Below, piece by piece: positions 43,671 through 52,090 of a stretch of DNA of 53,846 nucleotides. The notes under the pieces are model-generated. The model searched no databases. It worked only from the letters and a program-made list of their open reading frames with translations, and had not been told where the DNA came from. A program made the position numbers and the translations under genes. How positions within the stretch are numbered: position 1 is the stretch's first letter; the number at the start of each line of letters is the position of its first letter. Origin of the DNA: an uncultured Mycoplasmatota bacterium (GTDB lineage Bacteria; Bacillota_I; Bacilli_A; RF39; UBA660); NCBI GenBank assembly GCA_900554615.1, contig USIB01000001.1, positions 1 through 53,846 on the forward strand, written 5' to 3'.

Positions 43671-44222
43671 ATGAAATTAAAAGAATTAAAAGAAAATGAG
43701 CCATTAAATATAATAGAAGTATCAAAACAATACCATTATCCATCTTTTATTGCTAGAGGACCAAAAGACTCTGATACTTTTGAAGAAAAGAGAATTAAAA
43801 TGAAAGTATTTACTGACGGTGAAATAGAAAAACAAACTGAAGAAACTTCTCAAAATATCAATGAATTTTATATTGGAAAAAGGAAATACAACTATGATGT
43901 AGATGTTTTAAAGACCAAGAATTTATACTTTAAAAATCATAGTTATGTTATCACTTATTTGATAGCAGCAGAACATATGACTATTGGAAATATAACAGGA
44001 TGGTTTGATATTGTTAAAGAGGTATCAGTATACCTAGAAAATATAAAAGACAAAAAACAATTAAAAGAGGCAAAAAGAGTTATTAAAGAAATTAATAATT
44101 TAAATAGTCATACTGATTATTCATCACTATTTGGAATGATATTATCACAACCTACAAAATCCGAAAGATTTGAAACAGAAGAAATATCAAAAAATGTATA
44201 TACTTTAAAAAGAACAAAATAA
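43671..44222 (+). CDS. hypothetical protein
   Basis: 183-aa ORF with AGGAGG RBS, followed by a terminator hairpin. Confidence 0.45.
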   Translation: MKLKELKENEPLNIIEVSKQYHYPSFIARGPKDSDTFEEKRIKMKVFTDGEIEKQTEETSQNINEFYIGKRKYNYDVDVLKTKNLYFKNHSYVITYLIAAEHMTIGNITGWFDIVKEVSVYLENIKDKKQLKEAKRVIKEINNLNSHTDYSSLFGMILSQPTKSERFETEEISKNVYTLKRTK

Positions 44223-44231
44223 ATAACACAT

Positions 44232-44285
44232 AAGTTTAGAGACAATTAAGGCTCTAAACTTTTTTCTAATGACCTTAGGCATTAG
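44232..44285. terminator. twin hairpin between convergent genes (AGAC...GGCT family); the first has a T5 tail
   Basis: Hairpins 44232-44261 (AAGTTTAGAG/CTCTAAACTT, apex AGAC-aattaa-GGCT, then TTTT) and 44266-44285 (CTAATG/CATTAG). Confidence 0.6.
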
Positions 44286-44337
44286 AAAACCTCTAGTGAC
44301 TTTAAGGCACAAGAGGAAAAAGAAAAAGTAGACTAAT

Positions 44338-44775
44338 CTACTTTTCTAATAATATAGTTACAGGACCATCATTTATTAATGATACTTTCATATCAGCACC
44401 AAATATACCAGTACCTACTTCTATACCCTTTTCTCTTAATTTATTATTAAACTCATCATATAATAATGTAGCTTTATCTCCTCCTAGTGCCTTTATATAA
44501 GATGGTCTTCTCCCCTTAGAAGCATCTCCATATAAAGTAAACTGACTAATAGATAAAATATTTCCCTTTATATCTAATAAACTCTTATTCATAACATCAT
44601 TTTCATCCTCAAATATTCTTAAGTTAATAACCTTATCTACCATCCAATCTATCTCTTTAGAACTATCCCCTTCCGTAAAACCTACTAGTAACATTAAACC
44701 TTTATCAGATTTACCTACTATCTTATTATCTACTTCAACACTAGAATTAATAACTCTTTGTACTACTACTCTCAT
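44338..44775 (-). CDS. dtd: D-aminoacyl-tRNA deacylase
   Basis: 145 aa with MRVVVQRV, SQFTLYGD..KG.RPS and GADM.V.L.NDGPVT. Confidence 0.9.
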   Translation of the reverse strand: MRVVVQRVINSSVEVDNKIVGKSDKGLMLLVGFTEGDSSKEIDWMVDKVINLRIFEDENDVMNKSLLDIKGNILSISQFTLYGDASKGRRPSYIKALGGDKATLLYDEFNNKLREKGIEVGTGIFGADMKVSLINDGPVTILLEK

Positions 44776-46940
44776 TATATTACCTCTCTTTCTACTTTCT
44801 GAACAAACTTTAGATTTAATAAGTCATTCATAAACTTTTCTAATATACTTTTATTTCCTACTATTACAGTCATTCTATATACTTTATATTCACTTTTATT
44901 AATAGTAGATATACTATCTATTACTATGTTATTAGCAGAAGCCTTAGTTATTATATCCAATAAATTATCATATGTATTAGTATATACTAAGATATCAGAA
45001 GGATATTTTTTATCTTTATTTTCATTCCATTTAACATTTATTAATCTTTCATCTGTATCCAATATATTATGACAATTTATTCTATGTACTGTTATTCCTG
45101 AACCTCTTGTTATATATCCTATTATATTATCTCCTGGAAGAGGTTTACAACAACTACTTAAACTTGTTTTAATATCCGTTATTCCTTCTACTAGAATACT
45201 ATTACCATCATTTGATTCTTTATAGTAGTTAGTTTCATTTATCTTAGTCGCTATATCCTTTTTCTCTTCTGGTGGTTTATTTACTATCTTTATTATATTA
45301 TTAGGAGTATATTTTCCTGTACCAATAGTAGCATAAATATCATCTATATCTTTTAATTTTAATTCATTAAGTATTAGTTCTATATTTTTATTTGATAAGA
45401 ATTCATTTATTCCTATATCTTCTTTTCTTAATTCTTTTTCTAATAGGTCCATTCCCTTTTCAATATTTTCATCTTTTTCTAATTTACTATGATAACTTTT
45501 AATTTTATTTTTAGCCCCACTTGTTACAACAAAGTTAAGCCAATCTTTACTAGGTCTAGCACTACTATTTGTGTTAACCTTTATAATATCTCCTGTTTTT
45601 AATTTATAGTCTAGTGTTACAATATTATCATTTACAATGGCTCCGACTATATGATCTCCAACCTCACTATGTACTTTATAAGCAAAGTCAACAGGAGTTG
45701 AATCTTTTGGTAGTTCTATGACATCTCCTTTTGGTGTATATACATAGATAACATCATTAGTTAAAATATCTTTCTTTACTGAAGAAATAAATTCTTCTGG
45801 ATTATTTGATTCTTCATTTAATTCAATGATATTTCTGAATATCTGAAGTTTTTGCTCTATTGCGTCTTTAGCGGACTTCTCTCCATCTTTATGTTCTTTA
45901 TATGACCAGTGTGAGGCTATTCCATATTCTGCTATTTTATCCATCTCATATGTTCTTATTTGGATTTCAAAAAGATTACCATCTAAACCAAATACTGTTG
46001 TATGTAAAGACTGATATAAGTTTGTTTTAGGCATTGCTATATAGTCTTTAAATCTCTTCGGTACTGGCTTGTATTTGGAGTGAATTAATCCTAAGGCTAA
46101 GTAACAATCTTGCTCAGTATCTACAAATACTCTAAGAGCTAATATATCATAAATATCATCAAATCTTTTTCCTTTAGCCATTTTATTATATATACTATAA
46201 ATACTTTTACTTCTTCCTTTTATTTCATGAGGTATATTATGTTCATTTAGTAGAGTTGATACTTCACTTATCATTTTACTTACTGCTTCATCACGAAGTG
46301 TTTTCTTTTGATTTAATTTTTCTACTATATCAAAATATGCATCAGGCTTTAGATATCTTAATGATAAGTCTTCTAGTTCACTTTTTATTTTATATATTCC
46401 TAGTCTATGGGCTACTGGTGTTAATATTTCTAGAGTCTCTCTTGCTTTTTTCTTTTGTTTTTCTACAGACAAGACATTTATCGTTCGCATATTATGAAGA
46501 CGGTCTGCTAGTTTAATAATTATTACTCTCGGGTCTTCAGATAAGCCTACTAGTATTTTTCTTTGATTAGCGGCACTTGCCTCACTATCTGATGTAAAGT
46601 TTAGTTTATTTATCTTTGTTACTCCATCTACTAATAAGGCTACTTCTTTTCCAAATAGTTTCTCTATTTCTTCTTTAGTTGCATCAGAGTCTTCAATTGT
46701 ATCGTGAAGAAGAGCCGCTGCCATACATGGTGCGTCAGCAGATATATCAGTTAATATTAGAGCAACATTTAATGGGTGTAAGATATAATCATCTCCTGAT
46801 ATCCTCTTTTGCCCGAAATGTTTTTTTTCTGCATACTGATAAACCCTCTTAATTAAGTCTATATCTTCAGCATTATCATTATATTTTTTAAATCTTTCTA
46901 TTAAGTCCTCTATTGTTAGGTTTATTGTTTTTGTACTCAT
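44775..46940 (-). CDS. relA: bifunctional (p)ppGpp synthetase/hydrolase RelA/SpoT
   Basis: 721 aa. HD domain (HPL.VA.IL....D......AALLHD..ED), synthetase (RVKS.YSIY.KM, DI.A.RV, EIQIRT..M), plus TGS and ACT regions. Confidence 0.92.
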   Translation of the reverse strand: MSTKTINLTIEDLIERFKKYNDNAEDIDLIKRVYQYAEKKHFGQKRISGDDYILHPLNVALILTDISADAPCMAAALLHDTIEDSDATKEEIEKLFGKEVALLVDGVTKINKLNFTSDSEASAANQRKILVGLSEDPRVIIIKLADRLHNMRTINVLSVEKQKKKARETLEILTPVAHRLGIYKIKSELEDLSLRYLKPDAYFDIVEKLNQKKTLRDEAVSKMISEVSTLLNEHNIPHEIKGRSKSIYSIYNKMAKGKRFDDIYDILALRVFVDTEQDCYLALGLIHSKYKPVPKRFKDYIAMPKTNLYQSLHTTVFGLDGNLFEIQIRTYEMDKIAEYGIASHWSYKEHKDGEKSAKDAIEQKLQIFRNIIELNEESNNPEEFISSVKKDILTNDVIYVYTPKGDVIELPKDSTPVDFAYKVHSEVGDHIVGAIVNDNIVTLDYKLKTGDIIKVNTNSSARPSKDWLNFVVTSGAKNKIKSYHSKLEKDENIEKGMDLLEKELRKEDIGINEFLSNKNIELILNELKLKDIDDIYATIGTGKYTPNNIIKIVNKPPEEKKDIATKINETNYYKESNDGNSILVEGITDIKTSLSSCCKPLPGDNIIGYITRGSGITVHRINCHNILDTDERLINVKWNENKDKKYPSDILVYTNTYDNLLDIITKASANNIVIDSISTINKSEYKVYRMTVIVGNKSILEKFMNDLLNLKFVQKVEREVI

Positions 46941-46964
46941 CTTTCTTCACCTACCTTATTAAAT

Positions 46965-46992
46965 AGACCTACAAGGAAGTCCTTGCAGGCCT
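46965..46992 (-). terminator. hairpin after secDF
   Basis: - strand: AGGCCTGCAAGGA/TCCTTGTAGGTCT (13 bp including G-U pairs). Weak T-rich tail. Confidence 0.4.
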
Positions 46993-46996
46993 ACTT

Positions 46997-49240
46997 TTAA
47001 CAATTTATTCCTTTTATTTGCATTTCTTCTTTTTCTTCTTTTTTAGTTTCCTTACTTTTAGGTTTACTTAATCTTCTTCCTTCTAATATTAACCAAAGAC
47101 TATTTGATATATAGATAGAAGAGAATACTCCTGCTATAAAACCTACTAGTAAGGCTATATTAAAGTTTAGTATTTCATTTGAGCCTAAAACTATTAAACA
47201 TATTATAGGTACTATTGTAGTAGCAGTAGTCATTAATGACCTAAAGAATGTTAATCTTACAGAATCATTTACTAGTTCTGGTAAGTCTTCTTTTTTAGTT
47301 ACATTTCTTTCTTTATAGTTTCTTCTTACCATATCAAATGTAACTATTGTATCATTAATTGAATATCCTATTATTGTTAAAATAGCAGCTATAAAGACAG
47401 AATCTATTTGAAGTTTAAATATTCCAAAGAAAATTATAGTTACTAATACATCGTGAACTAAGGCTATTATTCCACTTATTGCATAGTTAAATCTAAATCT
47501 AAAACTTACATAGATTATTATTCCAATTAAAGATATTAGTACTGCCATTATAGCATTTTTTATTAATTGTTTTTTTACTAAGTCAGATACAACATAGATA
47601 TTTGAAGATACTTTATATTCTTCCTCTAATTTATTTGATAGACTCTCTATTTCTTCTTTTGTTAGTTTTTCATTTATTACAATAGTCGTAGAATCTTTTG
47701 TTTTATCTAATTTATTTATTGTGTATCCATCTAAGTTAATATCCTCTATTGTATTAACTGTTATTGAAGTTCCTCCTGTAAAATCTACTGCAAAGTTAAA
47801 CTTAGTTACTATAGAGTATGCAAAACCTCCTAGTATAAGAATTAGTATTACAGGTAATATTATCTTTCTTGATTTTACAAAATCTAATTTCTTAAATGGT
47901 ATTCTTACCTCTTTAGCAAGTATTATTTTTTTCTTTGATAGTCCTATGAATAGATTTACCTTATCATCAAATACTCCTGACTTAGCAAAGAAATAAATTA
48001 CTGCTTTAGATATGAATACTAATACTATTATAGTTAATAGAATATTTATTATTAACATAGTTGCAAAACCTTTTACACTTGATTGTCCAAGTATAAATAG
48101 TATTATAGCCACTATTATAGTTGTAATGTTAGCGTCTAAGATACTTGATAGAGATTCTTTATTTCCTATCTCTACGGCTTCTTTTAATGGCTTACCTATT
48201 TTTAATTGGTCTTTTATTCTTTCAAAACTTATTACAGAAGCATCTACTGCCATTCCTATTCCAAGTAGCATAGCGGCAATTCCAGGAAGAGTTAGTGTTC
48301 CCTCTATCAAATAGAATACTAAGAATGATAGCATTGTATATAGTACTAATGATGTTCCTGCTATTAAACCACTAAAATGATACATTAGAATCATTATAAG
48401 AAGTACTAAGATTACTCCTATTACACCTGCTACTAAAGTTTTATTTAAGGCTGCCTCTCCATAGGTTGCTTCAACCGTACGAGAAGATATTTCATTTAAT
48501 TTAGTTGGAAGTGAGCCTGAGTTTATTAATTCTACAAGTGATGTTGCTTCCTCCGTAGTAAAGTTACCTTGAATTATTACATCACTAGCAAAGGCTCTAT
48601 CTACTCTAGCAGCGGACAAACATCTCGATGTTGAAAGGGAGCCACAATTATCTTTTTCTTTCGTAAAAGAGTCTGTATTTTCATCAAAGTCTAACCATAT
48701 TACTATTAAGTTATTATTCATATCTTTTACTTTATTTGTTACATTATAGAACTTATCAGTATCTTTAATAGATAGACTGACAGCGGGATGTCCATACTGA
48801 TCAGTAGTTTCTTTAGCCTCTCCTCCTAATACATCTGCTGTCATAAGAAGATTATCATTATAGTCTCTAAATGATAGTACGGCTGTTGAAGATATTATTT
48901 CTCTTGCTTCCTCTTTATTCTTAATACCTGCTAAGGCTATTCTTATTTTATTATTATCTTCTATTGAGATTTCTGGCTCATTTACTCCTAAGATGTCTAC
49001 TCTCTTTAAGATTGCTTTATAAGTATTATAGACCATATCTGATGTTAATTTTTCTTGGTCTAATGGCTCTATTTCATATAATACTTCAAAGCCTCCTTGT
49101 AAATCTAAACCATAGTTTATATTTTTAAATATTGGAATACATAGATAAGCACTACCTAGTAATACTATTATGGTTACCAGTAGGCCTAATATAACCTTCT
49201 TTGTACCCTTTTGTTCTTTTATTTGCTTTTTCTTTTTCAT
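46997..49240 (-). CDS. secDF: protein translocase subunit SecDF (fusion)
   Basis: 747 aa. GLDL.GG N-terminal periplasmic domain and two 6-TM blocks with SecD and SecF motifs (D..VI..ERI.E; DTIV.FDR.RE). Confidence 0.9.
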   Translation of the reverse strand: MKKKKQIKEQKGTKKVILGLLVTIIVLLGSAYLCIPIFKNINYGLDLQGGFEVLYEIEPLDQEKLTSDMVYNTYKAILKRVDILGVNEPEISIEDNNKIRIALAGIKNKEEAREIISSTAVLSFRDYNDNLLMTADVLGGEAKETTDQYGHPAVSLSIKDTDKFYNVTNKVKDMNNNLIVIWLDFDENTDSFTKEKDNCGSLSTSRCLSAARVDRAFASDVIIQGNFTTEEATSLVELINSGSLPTKLNEISSRTVEATYGEAALNKTLVAGVIGVILVLLIMILMYHFSGLIAGTSLVLYTMLSFLVFYLIEGTLTLPGIAAMLLGIGMAVDASVISFERIKDQLKIGKPLKEAVEIGNKESLSSILDANITTIIVAIILFILGQSSVKGFATMLIINILLTIIVLVFISKAVIYFFAKSGVFDDKVNLFIGLSKKKIILAKEVRIPFKKLDFVKSRKIILPVILILILGGFAYSIVTKFNFAVDFTGGTSITVNTIEDINLDGYTINKLDKTKDSTTIVINEKLTKEEIESLSNKLEEEYKVSSNIYVVSDLVKKQLIKNAIMAVLISLIGIIIYVSFRFRFNYAISGIIALVHDVLVTIIFFGIFKLQIDSVFIAAILTIIGYSINDTIVTFDMVRRNYKERNVTKKEDLPELVNDSVRLTFFRSLMTTATTIVPIICLIVLGSNEILNFNIALLVGFIAGVFSSIYISNSLWLILEGRRLSKPKSKETKKEEKEEMQIKGINC

Positions 49241-49256
49241 AATGTTATCCTTCTTT

Positions 49257-49523
49257 CTATTTTTGTATAGATATTCTTCTATCAGTATTTTTAATACTCT
49301 CTTTTAAGTATTTATCTACTTTTTCAATATCTACATTTATTATATCATTTACCATTTCTGATATTGATAGATTCTTAGTCTTTATCCATTTATTTATTTT
49401 TAGATAATTCCATATATCAATTATTTTTATATAACTATAGTTATTCTTTATTAGTCTTAGTTTTACATTGAATGCTCCTCTTAGACTATTAAATAATTCT
49501 TCTTCGCTTTTGTACTCCATCAA
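49257..49523 (-). CDS. post-transcriptional regulator ComN/YrzD-like (by position)
   Basis: 88-aa ORF immediately upstream of secDF, as yrzD/comN is in B. subtilis. The sequence-level match has not been verified. Confidence 0.4.
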   Translation of the reverse strand: MMEYKSEEELFNSLRGAFNVKLRLIKNNYSYIKIIDIWNYLKINKWIKTKNLSISEMVNDIINVDIEKVDKYLKESIKNTDRRISIQK

Positions 49524-49579
49524 ACCACCATAATTATTGTATCACATTATTTATAAAAGTAAAAGCAAAAACAACCAAT

Positions 49580-49843
49580 TTATGGCTGTTTCTCAAATTC
49601 TTTATCATTTTTTTTAAATAATAATTCTATATCAATATCTAAAGCATCTGCGATATTGCTTACTGCATCAAGCGAGAAATTCTTTTTGCTATTAGGGGCT
49701 TCTATCCTCCTGATAAATTCATGCGAGTATTCTGTCCTCTCTGCTAATTCTGCTTGTGTTATTTTTCTACTTTTGCGATAATACTTAATATTTTTCGCTA
49801 CTACTTCATAAATATCATAATGTTTATCTTTCCTTTTTCTCAT
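49580..49843 (-). CDS. XRE-family HTH transcriptional regulator
   Basis: 87 aa. NIKYYRKSRKITQAELAERTEYSHEFIRRIE is a classic HTH_3 pattern. Confidence 0.7.
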   Translation of the reverse strand: MRKRKDKHYDIYEVVAKNIKYYRKSRKITQAELAERTEYSHEFIRRIEAPNSKKNFSLDAVSNIADALDIDIELLFKKNDKEFEKQP

Positions 49844-49929
49844 GAGATATCACCTTTAATCTTATTTTCTCACAAAAATGAACTTTTTTATGTAAACTAT
49901 TTGGTTACATTTTTAGATAAAGTGATTAT

Positions 49930-50598
49930 TTAGGCTACATTTTGGTAATTATTTCGTATTTTTTTCAATGTTTTCTTTTCACTACGAGATACTTCTACCT
50001 GATTCATACCTAATAAACTTGCTACTTCACTCTGAGTTTTATCTTCATAATATCTTAAATAAATTAGTTCTTTGTAAGGACTTTCTAATTTATTTATTTC
50101 TTCATTTAACATTAGATAATCTATGTTATAGTAGTCTTTTTTATCACTTACTGTTTCTAATAGTGATAAATCTTTTCCATCATTATATATTACTTTTTCT
50201 AAACTATCTACTCTATTCATTGAAGTTAATACTTTTGTTAATTCTTTTTCGTCTATTTCTAAAAATAGTGATAATTCAGTTATTGATGGTTCTTTCATTA
50301 ATCTTTGACTTAATATATTTTTGGCAGTATTTATTTTTTTATATAGTGATATATATTCTTTTGATACCTTTATATTTCTTTCAGCATTTATATAACTATA
50401 TATTTCACCATATATGTATTTATAAGCATAAGTAGAAAACTTGGTATTTTTATTTTCTTTATAGTTATTGTAGGCTTTTATTACTCCTATTACTCCTACT
50501 TGATACAAATCTTCAGTGCTATATCCTTTAAAATATTTATTTATTATCATATATATTAATGAACTATTTAATTTTATTATTTCTTCATATTTATTCAT
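49930..50598 (-). CDS. sigma-70 family sigma factor, SigF/SigG/SigB-like
   Basis: Region 2 (DLYQVGVIGVIKAYNNY....KFSTYAYKYIYGEI) and region 4 (YYEDKTQSEVASLLGMNQVEVSRSEKKTLKKIR). Confidence 0.8.
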   Translation of the reverse strand: MNKYEEIIKLNSSLIYMIINKYFKGYSTEDLYQVGVIGVIKAYNNYKENKNTKFSTYAYKYIYGEIYSYINAERNIKVSKEYISLYKKINTAKNILSQRLMKEPSITELSLFLEIDEKELTKVLTSMNRVDSLEKVIYNDGKDLSLLETVSDKKDYYNIDYLMLNEEINKLESPYKELIYLRYYEDKTQSEVASLLGMNQVEVSRSEKKTLKKIRNNYQNVA

Positions 50599-50936
50599 TA
50601 AATCATCCTTTCAAATAATTTGAAGGCATCATACTCTCTATTTATTTTGGGGATATCTTTTAATAGTTTACTTGATACACTGAACTTATCGCAGATTATA
50701 AACTTATTATTTTCTTCTTCATATTGTTTATATATTTTGTTTAGATATTTGATACTATAGTTATCTATTGAATACATATCATCAATATTTAAAACGATGT
50801 ATTTAAAGTCTTTATCTATTATTCCTCTTATGGTGTTTTTATTTAAATCTCCTTTTAATCTGATGAAAAGTATTCCTTTTCTAAATTCCATATTTGTCTT
50901 TAACAATATATTCACCTTCCTTTTATAATTTAACAT
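50598..50936 (-). CDS. STAS-domain anti-sigma-factor-antagonist-like protein
   Basis: GILFIRLKGDL.......YIVLNIDDMYSIDNYSIKYL resembles SpoIIAA/RsbV. TAATG overlap with the sigma gene. A TTG at 50906 (GGAAGGTG 6 nt upstream) may be the true start. Confidence 0.5.
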   Translation of the reverse strand: MLNYKRKVNILLKTNMEFRKGILFIRLKGDLNKNTIRGIIDKDFKYIVLNIDDMYSIDNYSIKYLNKIYKQYEEENNKFIICDKFSVSSKLLKDIPKINREYDAFKLFERMI

Positions 50937-51003
50937 ATTTTATTATTTTGTTATATACTTTCGACAAAACTAGATAATTATTTCAAACGACATTTTTTGA
51001 TAT

Positions 51004-51059
51004 ATGAAAAGCCTATTTTAGTCTTTTCATATTACCTCTAGCCTGTAGTCTAGAGGTAA
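51004..51059. repeat. twin hairpin with AGCC...GTCT apex (family member)
   Basis: Hairpins 51004-51030 (ATGAAAAG/CTTTTCAT, apex AGCC-tatttta-GTCT) and 51032-51059 (TTACCTCTAG/CTAGAGGTAA, apex AGCC-tgta-GTCT). Confidence 0.6.
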
Positions 51060-51139
51060 ACATTTTTCTTCTTTATATTCACAGTGAATGCTTTCTAACT
51101 TAGATATATCAAAATAAATAGAAAGTACTATCGTACCTT

Positions 51140-52027
51140 CTACTGATTATCTATATCTATTAATTCATAGTTAGTACTACCAAATCCTAAGCTTTCAGCA
51201 CTATCTATAATATGACCACCATTTCTACTTTCAATTCTTTCTATCAAATGTTTCTTGCCCTCATCTTCACTATTATAAACAAGGTCTAAACATGCTTTAT
51301 CTATAGCAACAGGATCTAAACTAGCAAGAACTCCTATATCTTTCATACATGGATCCTCAGCTTTAGCACAGCAGTCACAGTCTACACTCATATTCTTCAT
51401 AACATTAATATAAGCAATCTTATTTTTAAACTTATTATGTACTGAAGATGCAGCATCTGCCATTGCTTCAATAAACTTATCTTGTTCTGGTAAATTATCC
51501 CATAGTTTATTCATATCAGTAGTAACTCCTGCTGTATGAATATATGCCTTTCCACCCGAAGAAGATACTCCTATTGATAATTGTTTTAAACTTCCACCAT
51601 ATCCTCCCATTGGATGACCTTTAAAGTGAGATAAAACAAGCATACTATCATAATTATCTAAGTGACTTCCAACATAGTTTTTCTTTATAACTTTTCCATT
51701 TGGAATATCAAGTATATCTTCTCCCTCACTATCCATAATATCTACTTTATAATATTTATTCCATCCATGATTAGTCATTAACTTATTATGTTTTTCAGTA
51801 GTATTTCTCTCACCCTCATAAGCAGTATTACATTCTACTACAGTACCACCTACTCTAGCAATAATATCTCTCATAAATAAAGGCTTTAAATAGTTCTGAT
51901 TACCTTCCTCACCAGAATGAAGTTTAACAGCAACATTTCCTTTTAATTCAATACCTAATTTATCATAAATCTTTACTAAACTTTCACTAGTTATCTCTCT
52001 CGTAAAATAAACCTTTACTTTTTCCAT
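51140..52027 (-). CDS. DUF362 domain protein (Cys cluster DCDCC...C)
   Basis: 295 aa. Overall pattern (VAVKLHSGE.GN; VECNTAY; SHFKGH.MGG.GG; DCDCCA; DPVA.D.A) recalls DUF362. Confidence 0.6.
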   Translation of the reverse strand: MEKVKVYFTREITSESLVKIYDKLGIELKGNVAVKLHSGEEGNQNYLKPLFMRDIIARVGGTVVECNTAYEGERNTTEKHNKLMTNHGWNKYYKVDIMDSEGEDILDIPNGKVIKKNYVGSHLDNYDSMLVLSHFKGHPMGGYGGSLKQLSIGVSSSGGKAYIHTAGVTTDMNKLWDNLPEQDKFIEAMADAASSVHNKFKNKIAYINVMKNMSVDCDCCAKAEDPCMKDIGVLASLDPVAIDKACLDLVYNSEDEGKKHLIERIESRNGGHIIDSAESLGFGSTNYELIDIDNQ

Positions 52028-52090
52028 CTTATCAATTCCCTTCTATCTACACCTTTATTGTACCACATATAATAAAATCATACAATCACT

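Noticed and set aside
8894-51059. Twin hairpins as integron attC sites or as copies of a REP/MITE element.
   Set aside because: There are no R''/R' RYYYAAC...GTTRRRY boundaries and no intI gene. Stem sequences are unrelated between loci, so they are not transposed copies. They are kept as a finding instead.
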